Positions 62,551 to 64,000 of a stretch of DNA of 64,000 nucleotides are shown here, one piece after another (the stretch's first letter is position 1; each line of letters begins with the position of its first letter). The DNA comes from Octopus sinensis. Lineage: Eukaryota. A program made the position numbers and the translations under genes. The stretch lies in the NCBI RefSeq assembly GCF_006345805.1, contig NC_043000.1:13702001-13766000 (forward strand), read 5' to 3'. Below the pieces are notes generated by a model. The model was not told where the DNA came from. It saw only the letters and a program-made list of their open reading frames with translations, and searched no databases.

Positions 62551-64000
62551 TCACGCTTATATATAATATATAGGATGGCACAAAAGTCATGCACCAGCAA
62601 AATAATGAAAGTTATGTAAATAGAATAAAAGATTATCATATTTTTATATAAATGTTTTTTCTTTTTATAGGATGGTGCACATCTTTTACACCACCCTGCA
62701 TATTTGCCTGCACACGCGCACGTGCACATGTGTGTGTGTGTGTGTATGTGAGATCATCACTTCAAAAACATAAACTCTTTTGATAGACAGCTTTATTGCT
62801 TAACTTATAATTTAATTAAGTTTTATATTCCTTCCGCTGTTGACACACCACTCCCAATGTTTCTTTCAGTTTTGAAATGCAGCTTCAGGGACAGTAAACA
62901 GAGCTTGTAGAGAATTTCCTGTAACCTCTTTGTTTTTTGAGTTACTTTTTTTTTTTTTGCTGGAACCAGTGACCTTTCAGAGGGTATTTCAACTCTGTCT
63001 TTCATCTTATACTTGTTTCAGCTGTTAGACTGCAGCTATTATGGAGCATTGCCTTAAAGGGATTTTAGTTGAATAAATCCACCCTAGTACTTATTTTTAA
63101 ATCTAGTACTTATTCTTTCAGTCTCTTTCACTGAACTGCTAAGCAGTGTATGTGTACAATAAACACTAAGATGCACACACATTGATATATATATACAACA
63201 GGCTTCCACACAGTTTCCATCTACCAAACTCACTCACATGGTATTGGTCAGCCCAGGGTTATTGTAGAAGACACTTACCCAATATGCTGTGCAGTAGAAC
63301 TGAACCTGAGGGCATGTGGTTTCAAAGCAAGCTTCTCAACTACAGTCATGCCAGAACCTACACCATATAACCATGGCTGCACCTTTGGGAACAGGAAACA
63401 AATGTCTACAAGGGTCAATTCAAAAGAATAGGACTGTTGAGAATGAGAGTTCCTTCATGTCTTGCAAAAATTCAGATATAGATTAATGCATAAATAAGTA
63501 TACCATTATGGTGCAATACCCAGGTATTGTTTGACTCAGCCTTCTGCTTGTGCATTGCTTCTTTTGATTGGTTCAGAACTTTGGATCACATGTAACAAAC
63601 TCATTATGACAATCAAAAATGACAATTATCAACACGTTCATATTTGAGAAACTCTGATGTGCATCTTTGGTTGTTTCTATGCTGATCTCATCCACTGGAA
63701 AGGCTGCCTTTTTGTTTCAACAATGTAACTGTACAGCTATTTTTTCTCATGCATTATGTCACTTTACAGAAAGTTTACATCAGTATTCAAATGAGCGAAT
63801 AACTTTTAACAGTAACCTAGTTCTCATATTATTCATTTATAAGAAACTGTGACATAAATTTCGCACTAACATAACGTACTTTTAATTTTGCTTTTAAAAT
63901 CGGGTAGCACATATTGCTTCTTCAGAAACTTCAAGGACAGTGAGGCAATAATTTTCACAGACCACAGCTTGCACTTTCACAATGAGATCGACATGTGTAG

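Overview
Eukaryotic, AT-rich, extremely repeat-dense non-coding DNA (large intron or intergenic). The repeat repertoire (tRNA-derived SINEs with internal microsatellites, RTE, R4/Dong, Penelope, very long TA/CA/GAT tracts) suggests an octopus (cephalopod) genome; this is an inference, not a database result. No complete host gene, rRNA, tRNA gene or CRISPR array is visible; most listed ORFs are translations of microsatellites. Supported content: a 3.55-kb 5'-truncated RTE LINE with near-intact RT and a tandemly expanded 3' UTR, many shorter RTE fragments, three R4/Dong-type (RLE) fragments, Penelope-like fragments including a GIY-YIG endonuclease end, a full-length decayed mariner holding a TTAA piggyBac-type MITE, a DD37D (maT) remnant, hAT MITEs, Helitrons, at least four SINE families, and a ~110-copy 32-bp minisatellite fused to a LINE 3' end. 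Highlights: two well-formed type I hammerhead ribozyme motifs (10251-10293, 27125-27210), a C4HC3 PHD-like finger inside an RTE reverse transcriptase, apparent microsatellite-directed insertion (Dong-like in (TAA)n, RTE in (TA)n), a recent near-perfect inverted duplication at 1-965, and two phase-compatible candidate minus-strand exons of an unidentified host gene. I found no convincing wholly new multi-gene system.
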